DNA of 64,000 bases from Leptogorgia sarmentosa. Taxonomy: Eukaryota. A program made the position numbers and the translations under genes. The notes under the pieces were generated by a model. The model did no database searches. It saw only the letters and a program-made list of their open reading frames with translations, and was not told the origin of the DNA. Shown in pieces: positions 11,401 to 26,250 of the stretch. Within the stretch, counting starts at the first letter, position 1, and each line of letters begins with the position of its first letter. The DNA lies in contig OZ210885.1 of assembly GCA_964658305.1 (NCBI GenBank), positions 14,756,001 through 14,820,000 on the forward strand, given 5' to 3'.

Positions 11401-14400
11401 CAACTACTAACTTTGCCCACCTAGGCTTAACTTCGGTGATCAGACGAGAACCGGTATTTTCCTACTGGTATGGTCGTAGACATTTGTTGATGGAAGTTAG
11501 ACTTTTTAAACGTGTAACAATAACAAAACCCTGAAGTTGAAATTGAAAGCAAACCTATTTACAAACACACATACAATAAAATGAAGCAAGTCTACAACAC
11601 AAAGTATTCCCAGGTGGTCACCCATCCAAGTACTAACTTTTCCCACCTAGGCCTAACTTCGGTGATCAGACGAGAACCGGTATTTTCCTACTGGTATGGT
11701 CGTAGACATTTGTTGATGGAAGTTACACTTTTTAAACGTGTAACAATAACAAAACCCTGAAGTTGAAATTGAAAGCAAACCTATTTACAAACACACATAC
11801 AATAAAATGAAGCAAGTCTACAACACAAAGTATTCCCAGGTAGTCACCCATCCAAGTACTAACTTTGCCCACCTAGGCTTAACTTCGGTGATCAGACGAG
11901 AACCGGTATATTCCTACACGTACGGTCGTAGACATTTGTTGATGGAAGTTACACTTTTTAAACGTGTAACAATAACAAAACCCTGAAGTTGAAATTGAAA
12001 GGAATTATATTTACAAATAGGCATTAAATAACATTTAGTAAAACAACAATACAAAGTATATCCAGATGTAGCAATAACAAAATCCCTGAAGTTTACATTG
12101 AAAGCAAACCTATTTACAAACACACATACAATAAAATGAAGCAAGTCTACAACACAAAGTATTCCCAGGTGGTCACCCATCCAAGTACTAACTTTACCCA
12201 CCTAGGCTTAACTTCAGTGATCAGACGAGAACCGGTATTTTCCTAGTGGTATGGTCGTAGACATTTGTTGATGGAAGTTACACTTTTTAAACGTGTAACA
12301 ATAACAAAACCCTGAAGTTGAAATTGAAAGGAATTATATTTACAAATAGGCATTAAATAACATTTAGTAAAACAACAATACAAAGTATTTCCAGATGTAG
12401 CAATAACAAAATCCCTGAAGTTTACATTGAAAGCAAACCTATTTACAAACACACATACAATAAAATGAAGCAAGTCTACAACACAAAGTATTCCCAGGTG
12501 GTCACCCATCCAAGTACTAACGTTGCCCACCTAGGCTTAACTTTGGTGATCAGACGAGAACCGGTATTTTCCTACTCGTACGGTCGTAGACATTTGTTGA
12601 TGGAAGTTACACTTTTTAAACGTGTAACAATAACAAAACCCTGAAGTTGAAATTGAAAGCAAACCTATTTACAAACACACATACAATAAAATGAAGCAAG
12701 TCTACAACACAAAGTATTCTCAGGTGGTCACCCATCCAACTACTAACTTTGCCCACCTAGGCTTAACTTCGGTGATCAGACGAGAACCGGTATTTTCCTA
12801 CTCGTATGATCGTAAACATTTGTTGATGGAAGTTACACTTTTTAAACGTGTAACAATAACAAAACCCCGAAGTTGAAATTGAAAGCAAACCTATTTACAA
12901 ACACACATACAATAAAATGAAGCAAGTCTACAACACAAAGTATTCCCAGGTGGTCACCCATCCAACTACTAACTTTGCCCACCTAGGCTTAACTTCGGTG
13001 ATCAGACGAGAACCGGTATTTTCCTACTCGTACGGTCGTAGACATTTGTTGATGGAAGTTACACTTTTAAAATGTGTAACAATAACAAAACCCTGAAGTT
13101 GAAATTGAAAGGAATTATATTTACAAATAGGCATTAAATAACATTTAGTAAAACAACAATACAAAGTATTTCCAGATGTAGCAATAACAAAATCCCTGAA
13201 GTTTACATTGAAAGCAAACCTATTTACAAACACACATACAATAAAATGAAGCAAGTCTACAACACAAAGTATTCCCAGGTGGTCACCCAACCAAGTACTA
13301 ACGTTGCCCACCTAGGCTTAACTTCGGTGATCAGACGAGAACCGGTATTTTCCTACTGGTATGGTTGTAGACATTTGTTGATGGAAGTTACACTTTTTAA
13401 ACGTGTAACAATAACAAAACCCTGAAGTTGAAATTGAAAGCAAACCTATTTACAAACACACATACAATAAAATGAAGCAAGTCTACAACACAAAGTATTC
13501 CCAGGTGGTCACCCATCCAACTACTAACTGTGCCCACCTAGGGTTAACTTCGGTGATCAGACGAGAACCGGTATTTTCCTACTTGTACGGTCATAGACAT
13601 TTGTTGATGGAAGTTACACTTTTTAAACATGTAACAATAACAAAACCCTGAAGTTGAAATTGAAAGGAATGATATTTACAAATAGGCATTAAATAACATT
13701 TAGCAAAACAACAATACAAAGTATTTCCAGATGTAGCAATAACAAAATCCCTGAAGTTTACATTGAAAGCAAACCTATTTACAAACACACATACAATAAA
13801 ATGAAGCAAGTCTACAACACAAAGTATTCCCAGGCGGTCACCCATCCAAGTACTAACTTTGCCCACCTAGGCTTAACTTCAGTGATCAGACGAGAACCGG
13901 TACTTTCCTACTGGTATCGTCGTAGACATTTGTTGATGGAAGTAACACTGTTTAAACATGTAACAATAACAAAACCCTGAAGTTGAAATTGAAAGCAAAC
14001 CTATTTACAAACACACATACAATAAAATGAAGCAAGTCTACAACACAAAGTATTCCCAGGTGGTCACCCATCCAACTACTAACTTTGCCCACCTAGGCTT
14101 AACTTCGGTGATCAAATGAGAACCGGTATTTTCCTACTGGTATGGTCGTAGACATTTGTTGATGCAAGTTACACTTTTTAAATTTGTAACAATAACAAAA
14201 CCCTGAAGTTGAAATTGAAAGCAAACCTATTTACAAACACACATACAATAAAATGAAGCAAGTCTACAACACAAAGTATTCCCAGGTGGTCACCCATCCA
14301 ACTACTAACTTTGCCCACCTAGGCTTAACTTCGGTGATCAGACGAGAACCGCTATTTTCCTACTGGTATGGTCGTAGACATTTGTTGATGGAAGTTACAC

Positions 14401-16330
14401 TTTTTAAACGTGTAACAATAACAAAACCCTGAAGTTGAAATTGAAAGCAAACCTATTTACAAACACACATACAATAAAATGAAGCAAGTCTACAACACAA
14501 AGTATTCCCAGGTGGTCACCCATCCAACTACTAACTTTGCCCACCTAGGCTTAACTTCGGTGATCAGACGAGAACCGGTATTTTCCTACTTGTACGGTCG
14601 TAGACATGTGTTGATGGAAGCTACACTTTTTAAACGTGTAACAATAACAAAACCCTGAAGTTGAAATTGAAAGGAATTATATTTACAAATAGGCATTAAA
14701 TAACATTTAGCAAAACAACAATACAAAGTATTTCCAGATGTAGCAATAACAAAATCCCTGAAGTTTACATTGAAAGCAAACCTATTTACAAACACACATA
14801 CAATAAAATGAAGCAAGTCTACAACACAAAGTATTCCCAGGTGGTCACCCATCCAAGTACTAACGTTGCCCACCTAGGCTTAACTTCGGTGATCAGACGA
14901 GAACCGGTATTTTCCTACTGGTATGGTCGTAGATATTTGTTGATGGAAGTAACACTTTTTAAACGTGTAACAATAACAAAACCCTGAAGTTGAAATTGAA
15001 AGCAAACCTATTTAAAAACACACATACAATAAAATGAAGCAAATCTACAACACAAAGTATTCCCAGGTGGTCACCCATCCAAGTACTAACTTTTCCCACC
15101 TAGGCTTAACTTCGGTGATCAGACGAGAACCGGTATTTTCCTAGTGGTATGGTCGTAGACGTTTGTTGATGGAAGTTACACTTTTTAAACGTGTAACAAT
15201 AACAAAACCCTGAAGTTGAAATTGAAAGCAAACCTATTTACAAACACACATACAATAAAATGAAGCAAGTCTACAACACAAAGTATTCCCAGGTAGTCAC
15301 CCATCCAAGTACTAACTTTGCCCACCTAGGCTTAACTTCGGTGATCAGACGAGAACTGGTATTTTCCTACTGGTATGGTCGTAGACATTTGTTGATGGAA
15401 GTTAGACTTTTTAAACGTGTAACAATAACAAAACCCTGAAGTTGAAATTGAAAGCAAACCTATTTACAAACACACATACAATAAAATGAAGCAAGTCTAC
15501 AACACAAAGTATTCCCTGGTGGTCACCCATCCAACTACTAACTTTGCCCACCTAGGCTTAACTTCGGTGATCAGACGAGAACCGGTATTTTCCTACTGGT
15601 ATGGTCGTAGACATTTGTTGATGGAAGTTAGACTTTTTAAACGTGTAACAATAACAAAACCCTGAAGTTGAAATTGAAAGCAAACCTATTTACAAACACA
15701 CATACAATAAAATGAAGCAAGTCTACAACACAAAGTATTCCCAGGTGGTCACCCATCCAAGTACTAACTTTTCCCACCTAGGCCTAACTTCGGTGATCAG
15801 ACGAGAACCGGTATTTTCCTACTGGTATGGTCGTAGACATTTGTTGATGGAAGTTACACTTTTTAAACGTGTAACAATAACAAAACCCTGAAGTTGAAAT
15901 TGAAAGCAAACCTATTTACAAACACACATACAATAAAATGAAGCAAGTCTACAACACAAAGTATTCCCAGGTAGTCACCCATCCAAGTACTAACTTTGCC
16001 CACCTAGGCTTAACTTCGGTGATCAGACGAGAACCGGTATATTCCTACACGTACGGTCGTAGACATTTGTTGATGGAAGTTACACTTTTTAAACGTGTAA
16101 CAATAACAAAACCCTGAAGTTGAAATTGAAAGGAATTATATTTACAAATAGGCATTAAATAACATTTAGTAAAACAACAATACAAAGTATATCCAGATGT
16201 AGCAATAACAAAATCCCTGAAGTTTACATTGAAAGCAAACCTATTTACAAACACACATACAATAAAATGAAGCAAGTCTACAACACAAAGTATTCCCAGG
16301 TGGTCACCCATCCAAGTACTAACTTTGCCC
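8500..16330. repeat. Higher-order repeat, about 2 x 4131 bp (16-mer); boundaries approximate
   Basis: Five ORF pairs are offset by 4131 = 5x329 + 11x226. Confidence 0.88.
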
Positions 16331-19300
16331 ACCTAGGCCCAACTTCGGTGATCAGACGAGAACCGGTATTTTCCTACTGGTATGGTCGTAGACATTTGTT
16401 GATGCAAGTTACACTTTTTAAATTTGTAACAATAACAAAACCCTGAAGTTGAAATTGAAAGGAATTATATTTACAAACACACATACAATAAAATGAAGCA
16501 AGTCTACAACACAAAGTATTGCCAGGTAGTCACCCATCCAAGTACTAACTTTGCCCACCTAGGCTTAACTTCGGTGATCAGACGAGAACCGGTATTTTCC
16601 AACTGGTATCATCGTAGACATTTGTTGATGGAAGTAACACTTTTTAAACGTGTAACAATAACAAAACCCTGAAGTTGAAATTGAAAGCAAACCTATTTAC
16701 AAACACACATACAATAAAATGAAGCAAGTCTACAACACAAAGTATTGCCAGGTAGTCACCCATCCAAGTACTAACTTTGCCCACCTAGGCTTAACTTCGG
16801 TGATCAGACGAGAACCGGTATTTTCCTGCTCGTACGGTCGTAGACATTTGTTGATGAAGGTTACACTTTTTAAACGTGTAACAATAACAAAACCCTGAAG
16901 TTGAAATTGAAAGCAAACCTATTTACAAACACACATACAATAAAATGAAGCAAGTCTACAACACAAAGTATTCCCAGGTAGTCACCCATCCAAGTACTAA
17001 CTTTGCCCACCTAGGCTTAACTTCGGTGATCAGACGAGAACCGGTATTTTCCTACTGGTATGGTCGTAGACATTTGTTGATGGAAGTTACACTTTTTAAA
17101 CGTGTAACAATAACAAAACCCTGAAGTTGAAATTGAAAGCAAACCTACTTACAAACACACATACAACAAAATGAAGCAAGTCTACAACACAAAGTATTCC
17201 CAGGTGGTCACCCATCCAAGTACTAACTTTGCCCACCTAGGCTTAACTTCGGTGATCAGACGAGAAGCGGTATTTTCCTACTGGTATGGTCGTAGACATT
17301 TGTTGATGGAAGTTACACTTTTTAAACGTGTAACAATAACAAAACCCTGAAGTTGAAATTGAAAGCAAACCTATTTACAAACACACATACAATAAAATGA
17401 AGCAAGTCTACAACACAAAGTATTCCCAGGTAGTCACCCATCCAAGTACTAACTTTGCCCACCTAGGCTTAACTTCGGTGATCAGACGAGAACCGGTATT
17501 TTCCTACTGGTATGGTCGTAGACATTTGTTGATGGAAGTTACACTTTTTAAACGTGTAACAATAACAAAACCCTGAAGTTGAAATTGAAAGCAAACCTAC
17601 TTACAAACACACATACAACAAAATGAAGCAAGTCTACAACACAAAGTATTCCCAGGTGGTCACCCATCCAAGTACTAACTTTTCCCACCTAGGCTTAACT
17701 TCGGTGATCAGACGAGAAGCGGTATTTTCCTACTGGTATGGTCGTAGACATTTGTTGATGGAAGTTACACTTTTTAAACGTGTAACAATAACAAAACCCT
17801 GAAGTTGAAATTGAAAGCAAACCTATTTACAAACACACATACAATAAAATGAAGCAAGTCTACAACACAAAGTATTCCCAGGTAGTCACCCATCCAAGTA
17901 CTAACTTTGCCCACCTAGGCTTAACTTCGGTGATCAGACGAGAACCGGTATATTCCTACACGTACGGTCGTAGACATTTGTTGATGGAAGTTACACTTTT
18001 TAAACGTGTAACAATAACAAAACCCTGAAGTTGAAATTGAAAGGAATTATATTTACAAACACACATACAATAAAATGAAGCAAGTCTACAACACAAAGTA
18101 TTCCCAGGTGGTCACCCATCCAACTACTAACTTTGCCCACCTAGGCTTAACTTCGGTGATCAGACGAGAACCGGTATTTTCATACTCGTACGGTCGTAGA
18201 CATTTGTTGATGGAAGTTACACTTTTTAAACGTGTAACAATAACAAAACCCTGAAGTTGAAATTGAAAGGAATTATATTTACAAATAGGCATTAAATAAC
18301 ATTTAGTAAAACAACAATACAAAGTATATCCAGATGTAGCAATAACAAAATCCCTGAAGTTTACATTGAAAGCAAACCTATTTACAAACACACATACAAT
18401 AAAATGAAGCAAGTCTACAACACAAAGTATTCCCAGGTGGTCACCCATCCAAGTACTAACTTTGCCCACCTAGGCCCAACTTCGGTGATCAGACGAGAAC
18501 CGGTATTTTCCTACTGGTATGGTCGTAGACATTTGTTGATGCAAGTTACACTTTTTAAATTTGTAACAATAACAAAACCCTGAAGTTGAAATTGAAAGCA
18601 AACCTATTTACAAACACACATACAATAAAATGAAGCAAGTCTACAACACAAAGTATTCCCAGGTGGTCACCCATCCAAGTACTAACTTTGCCCACCTAGG
18701 CCCAACTTCGGTGATCAGACGAGAACCGGTATTTTCCTACTGGTATGGTCGTAGACATTTGTTGATGCAAGTTACACTTTTTAAATTTGTAACAATAACA
18801 AAACCCTGAAGTTGAAATTGAAAGCAAACCTATTTACAAACACACATACAATAAAATGAAGCAAGTCTACAACACAAAGTATTCCCAGGTGGGCACCCAT
18901 CCAACTACTAACTTTGCCCACCTAGGCTTAACTTCGGTGATCAGACGAGAACCGCTATTTTCCTACTGGTATGGTCGTAGACATTTGTTGATGGAAGTTA
19001 CACTTTTTAAACGTGTAACAATAACAAAACCCTGAAGTTGAAATTGAAAGCAAACCTATTTACAAACACACATACAATAAAATGAAGCAAGTCTACAACA
19101 CAAAGTATTCCCAGGTGGTCACCCATCCAAGTACTAACTTTGCCCACCTAGGCCCAACTTCGGTGATCAGACGAGAACCGGTATTTTCCTACTGGTATGG
19201 TCGTAGACATTTGTTGATGCAAGTTACACTTTTTAAATTTGTAACAATAACAAAACCCTGAAGTTGAAATTGAAAGCAAACCTATTTACAAACACACATA

Positions 19301-19799
19301 CAATAAAATGAAGCAAGTCTACAACACAAAGTATTCCCAGGTGGTCACCCATCCAAGTACTAACTTTGCCCACCTAGGCCCAACTTCGGTGATCAGACGA
19401 GAACCGGTATTTTCCTACTGGTATGGTCGTAGACATTTGTTGATGCAAGTTACACTTTTTAAATTTGTAACAATAACAAAACCCTGAAGTTGAAATTGAA
19501 AGCAAACCTATTTACAAACACACATACAATAAAATGAAGCAAGTCTACAACACAAAGTATTCCCAGGTGGTCACCCATCCAAGTACTAACTTTGCCCACC
19601 TAGGCCCAACTTCGGTGATCAGACGAGAACCGGTATTTTCCTACTGGTATGGTCGTAGACATTTGTTGATGCAAGTTACACTTTTTAAATTTGTAACAAT
19701 AACAAAACCCTGAAGTTGAAATTGAAAGCAAACCTATTTACAAACACACATACAATAAAATGAAGCAAGTCTACAACACAAAGTATTCCCAGGTGGGCA

Positions 19800-22700
19800 C
19801 CCATCCAACTACTAACTTTGCCCACCTAGGCTTAACTTCGGTGATCAGACGAGAACCGCTATTTTCCTACTGGTATGGTCGTAGACATTTGTTGATGGAA
19901 GTTACACTTTTTAAACGTGTAACAATAACAAAACCCTGAAGTTGAAATTGAAAGCAAACCTATTTACAAACACACATACAATAAAATGAAGCAAGTCTAC
20001 AACACAAAGTATTCCCAGGTGGTCACCCATCCAACTACTAACTTTGCCCACCTAGGCTTAACTTCGGTGATCAGACGAGAACCGGTATTTTCCTACTTGT
20101 ACGGTCGTAGACATGTGTTGATGGAAGCTACACTTTTTAAACGTGTAACAATAACAAAACCCTGAAGTTGAAATTGAAAGGAATTATATTTACAAATAGG
20201 CATTAAATAACATTTAGCAAAACAACAATACAAAGTATTTCCAGATGTAGCAATAACAAAATCCCTGAAGTTTACATTGAAAGCAAACCTATTTACAAAC
20301 ACACATACAATAAAATGAAGCAAGTCTACAACACAAAGTATTCCCAGGTGGTCACCCATCCAAGTACTAACGTTGCCCACCTAGGCTTAACTTCGGTGAT
20401 CAGACGAGAACCGGTATTTTCCTACTGGTATGGTCGTAGATATTTGTTGATGGAAGTAACACTTTTTAAACGTGTAACAATAACAAAACCCTGAAGTTGA
20501 AATTGAAAGCAAACCTATTTAAAAACACACATACAATAAAATGAAGCAAGTCTACAACACAAAGTATTCCCAGGTGGTCACCCATCCAAGTACTAACGTT
20601 GCCCACCTAGGCTTAACTTCGGTGATCAGACGAGAACCGGTATTTTCCTACTGGTATGGTCGTAGATATTTGTTGATGGAAGTAACACTTTTTAAACGTG
20701 TAACAATAACAAAACCCTGAAGTTGAAATTGAAAGCAAACCTATTTACAAACACACATACAATAAAATGAAGCAAGTCTACAACACAAAGTATTCCCAGG
20801 TGGTCACCCATCCAACTACTAACTTTGCCCACCTAGGCTTAACTTCGGTGATCAGACGAGAACCGGTATTTTCCCACTCGTACGGTCGCAGACATTTGTT
20901 GATGGAAGTTACACTTTTTAAACGTGTAACAATAACAAAACCCTGAAGTTGAAATTGAAAGGAATTATATTTACAAATAGGCATTAAATAACATTTAGTA
21001 AAACAACAATACAAAGTATATCCAGATGTAGCAATAACAAAATCCCTGAAGTTTACATTGAAAGCAAACCTATTTACAAACACACATACAATAAAATGAA
21101 GCAAGTCTACAACACAAAGTATTCCCAGGTGGTCACCCATCCAAGTACTAACGTTGCCCACCTAGGCTTAACTTCGGTGATCAGACGAGAACCGGTATTT
21201 TCCTACTGGTATGGTTGTAGACATTTGTTGATGAAAGTTACACTTTTTAAACGTGTAACAATAACAAAACCCTGAAGTTGAAATTGAAAGCAAACCTATT
21301 TACAAACACACATACAATAAAATGAAGCAAGTCTACAACACAAAGTATTCCCAGGTAGTCACCCATCCAAGTACTAACTTTGCCCACCTAGGCTTAACTT
21401 CAGTGATCAGACGAGAACCGGTATTTTCCTAGTGGTATGGTCGTAGACATTTGTTGATGGAAGTTACACTTTTTAAACGTGTAACAATAACAAAACCCTG
21501 AAGTTGAAATTGAAAGGAATTATATTTACAAATAGGCATTAAATAACATTTAGTAAAACAACAATACAAAGTATTTCCAGATGTAGCAATAACAAAATCC
21601 CTGAAGTTTACATTGAAAGCAAACCTATTTACAAACACACATACAATAAAATGAAGCAAGTCTACAACACAAAGTATTCCCAGGTGGTCACCCATCCAAG
21701 TACTAACGTTGCCCACCTAGGCTTAACTTTGGTGATCAGACGAGAACCGGTATTTTCCTACTCGTACGGTCGTAGACATTTGTTGATGGAAGTTACACTT
21801 TTTAAACGTGTAACAATAACAAAACCCTGAAGTTGAAATTGAAAGCAAACCTATTTACAAACACACATACAATAAAATGAAGCAAGTCTACAACACAAAG
21901 TATTCTCAGGTGGTCACCCATCCAACTACTAACTTTGCCCACCTAGGCTTAACTTCGGTGATCAGACGAGAACCGGTATTTTCCTACTCGTATGATCGTA
22001 AACATTTGTTGATGGAAGTTACACTTTTTAAACGTGTAACAATAACAAAACCCCGAAGTTGAAATTGAAAGCAAACCTATTTACAAACACACATACAATA
22101 AAATGAAGCAAGTCTACAACACAAAGTATTCCCAGGTGGTCACCCATCCAACTACTAACTTTGCCCACCTAGGCTTAACTTCGGTGATCAGACGAGAACC
22201 GGTATTTTCCTACTCGTACGGTCGTAGACATTTGTTGATGGAAGTTACACTTTTAAAATGTGTAACAATAACAAAACCCTGAAGTTCAAATTGAAAGGAA
22301 TTATATTTACAAATAGGCATTAAATAACATTTAGTAAAACAACAATACAAAGTATTTCCAGATGTAGCAATAACAAAATCCCTGAAGTTTACATTGAAAG
22401 CAAACCTATTTACAAACACACATACAATAAAATGAAGCAAGTCTACAACACAAAGTATTCCCAGGTGGTCACCCAACCAAGTACTAACGTTGCCCACCTA
22501 GGCTTAACTTCGGTGATCAGACGAGAACCGGTATTTTCCTACTGGTATGGTTGTAGACATTTGTTGATGGAAGTTACACTTTTTAAACGTGTAACAATAA
22601 CAAAACCCTGAAGTTGAAATTGAAAGCAAACCTATTTACAAACACACATACAATAAAATGAAGCAAGTCTACAACACAAAGTATTCCCAGGTGGTCACCC

Positions 22701-25700
22701 ATCCAACTACTAACTGTGCCCACCTAGGGTTAACTTCGGTGATCAGACGAGAACCGGTATTTTCCTACTTGTACGGTCATAGACATTTGTTGATGGAAGT
22801 TACACTTTTTAAACATGTAACAATAACAAAACCCTGAAGTTGAAATTGAAAGGAATGATATTTACAAATAGGCATTAAATAACATTTAGCAAAACAACAA
22901 TACAAAGTATTTCCAGATGTAGCAATAACAAAATCCCTGAAGTTTACATTGAAAGCAAACCTATTTACAAACACACATACAATAAAATGAAGCAAGTCTA
23001 CAACACAAAGTATTCCCAGGTGGGCACCCATCCAACTACTAACTTTGCCCACCTAGGCTTAACTTCGGTGATCAGACGAGAACCGCTATTTTCCTACTGG
23101 TATGGTCGTAGACATTTGTTGATGGAAGTTACACTTTTTAAACGTGTAACAATAACAAAACCCTGAAGTTGAAATTGAAAGCAAACCTATTTACAAACAC
23201 ACATACAATAAAATGAAGCAAGTCTACAACACAAAGTATTCCCAGGTGGTCACCCATCCAACTACTAAATTTGCCCACCTAGGCTTAACTTCGGTGATCA
23301 GACGAGAACCGGTATTTTCCTACTTGTACGGTCGTAGACATGTGTTGATGGAAGCTACACTTTTTAAACGTGTAACAATAACAAAACCCTGAAGTTGAAA
23401 TTGAAAGGAATTATATTTACAAATAGGCATTAAATAACATTTAGCAAAACAACAATACAAAGTATTTCCAGATGTAGCAATAACAAAATCCCTGAAGTTT
23501 ACATTGAAAGCAAACCTATTTACAAACACACATACAATAAAATGAAGCAAGTCTACAACACAAAGTATTCCCAGGTGGTCACCCATCCAAGTACTAACGT
23601 TGCCCACCTAGGCTTAACTTCGGTGATCAGACGAGAACCGGTATTTTCCTACTGGTATGGTCGTAGATATTTGTTGATGGAAGTAACACTTTTTAAACGT
23701 GTAACAATAACAAAACCCTGAAGTTGAAATTGAAAGCAAACCTATTTAAAAACACACATACAATAAAATGAAGCAAGTCTACAACACAAAGTATTCCCAG
23801 GTGGTCACCCATCCAAGTACTAACGTTGCCCACCTAGGCTTAACTTCGGTGATCAGACGAGAACCGGTATTTTCCTACTGGTATGGTCGTAGATATTTGT
23901 TGATGGAAGTAACACTTTTTAAACGTGTAACAATAACAAAACCCTGAAGTTGAAATTGAAAGCAAACCTATTTACAAACACACATACAATAAAATGAAGC
24001 AAGTCTACAACACAAAGTATTCCCAGGTGGTCACCCATCCAACTACTAACTTTGCCCACCTAGGCTTAACTTCGGTGATCAGACGAGAACCGGTATTTTC
24101 CCACTCGTACGGTCGCAGACATTTGTTGATGGAAGTTACACTTTTTAAACGTGTAACAATAACAAAACCCTGAAGTTGAAATTGAAAGGAATTATATTTA
24201 CAAATAGGCATTAAATAACATTTAGTAAAACAACAATACAAAGTATATCCAGATGTAGCAATAACAAAATCCCTGAAGTTTACATTGAAAGCAAACCTAT
24301 TTACAAACACACATACAATAAAATGAAGCAAGTCTACAACACAAAGTATTCCCAGGTGGTCACCCATCCAAGTACTAACGTTGCCCACCTAGGCTTAACT
24401 TCGGTGATCAGACGAGAACCGGTATTTTCCTACTGGTATGGTTGTAGACATTTGTTGATGAAAGTTACACTTTTTAAACGTGTAACAATAACAAAACCCT
24501 GAAGTTGAAATTGAAAGCAAACCTATTTACAAACACACATACAATAAAATGAAGCAAGTCTACAACACAAAGTATTCCCAGGTAGTCACCCATCCAAGTA
24601 CTAACTTCGCCCACCTAGGCTTAACTTCAGTGATCAGACGAGAACCGGTATTTTCCTAGTGGTATGGTCGTAGACATTTGTTGATGGAAGTTACACTTTT
24701 TAAACGTGTAACAATAACAAAACCCTGAAGTTGAAATTGAAAGGAATTATATTTACAAATAGGCATTAAATAACATTTAGTAAAACAACAATACAAAGTA
24801 TTTCCAGATGTAGCAATAACAAAATCCCTGAAGTTTACATTGAAAGCAAACCTATTTACAAACACACATACAATAAAATGAAGCAAGTCTACAACACAAA
24901 GTATTCCCAGGTGGTCACCCATCCAAGTACTAACGTTGCCCACCTAGGCTTAACTTTGGTGATCAGACGAGAACCGGTATTTTCCTACTCGTACGGTCGT
25001 AGACATTTGTTGATGGAAGTTACACTTTTTAAACGTGTAACAATAACAAAACCCTGAAGTTGAAATTGAAAGCAAACCTATTTACAAACACACATACAAT
25101 AAAATGAAGCAAGTCTACAACACAAAGTATTCTCAGGTGGTCACCCATCCAACTACTAACTTTGCCCACCTAGGCTTAACTTCGGTGATCAGACGAGAAC
25201 CGGTATTTTCCTACTCGTATGATCGTAAACATTTGTTGATGGAAGTTACACTTTTTAAACGTGTAACAATAACAAAACCCCGAAGTTGAAATTGAAAGCA
25301 AACCTATTTACAAACACACATACAATAAAATGAAGCAAGTCTACAACACAAAGTATTCCCAGGTGGTCACCCATCCAACTACTAACTTTGCCCACCTAGG
25401 CTTAACTTCGGTGATCAGACGAGAACCGGTATTTTCCTACTCGTACGGTCGTAGACATTTGTTGATGGAAGTTACACTTTTAAAATGTGTAACAATAACA
25501 AAACCCTGAAGTTCAAATTGAAAGGAATTATATTTACAAATAGGCATTAAATAACATTTAGTAAAACAACAATACAAAGTATTTCCAGATGTAGCAATAA
25601 CAAAATCCCTGAAGTTTACATTGAAAGCAAACCTATTTACAAACACACATACAATAAAATGAAGCAAGTCTACAACACAAAGTATTCCCAGGTGGTCACC

Positions 25701-26250
25701 CAACCAAGTACTAACGTTGCCCACCTAGGCTTAACTTCGGTGATCAGACGAGAACCGGTATTTTCCTACTGGTATGGTTGTAGACATTTGTTGATGGAAG
25801 TTACACTTTTTAAACGTGTAACAATAACAAAACCCTGAAGTTGAAATTGAAAGCAAACCTATTTACAAACACACATACAATAAAATGAAGCAAGTCTACA
25901 ACACAAAGTATTCCCAGGTGGTCACCCATCCAACTACTAACTGTGCCCACCTAGGGTTAACTTCGGTGATCAGACGAGAACCGGTATTTTCCTACTTGTA
26001 CGGTCATAGACATTTGTTGATGGAAGTTACACTTTTTAAACATGTAACAATAACAAAACCCTGAAGTTGAAATTGAAAGGAATGATATTTACAAATAGGC
26101 ATTAAATAACATTTAGCAAAACAACAATACAAAGTATTTCCAGATGTAGCAATAACAAAATCCCTGAAGTTTACATTGAAAGCAAACCTATTTACAAACA
26201 CACATACAATAAAATGAAGCAAGTCTACAACACAAAGTATTCCCAGGCGG
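19800..26250. repeat. Higher-order repeat, 2 x 3227 bp (12-mer); boundaries approximate
   Basis: Six ORF pairs are offset by 3227 = 5x329 + 7x226. A private gaagttcaaa variant occurs near 22287 and 25514. Confidence 0.88.
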
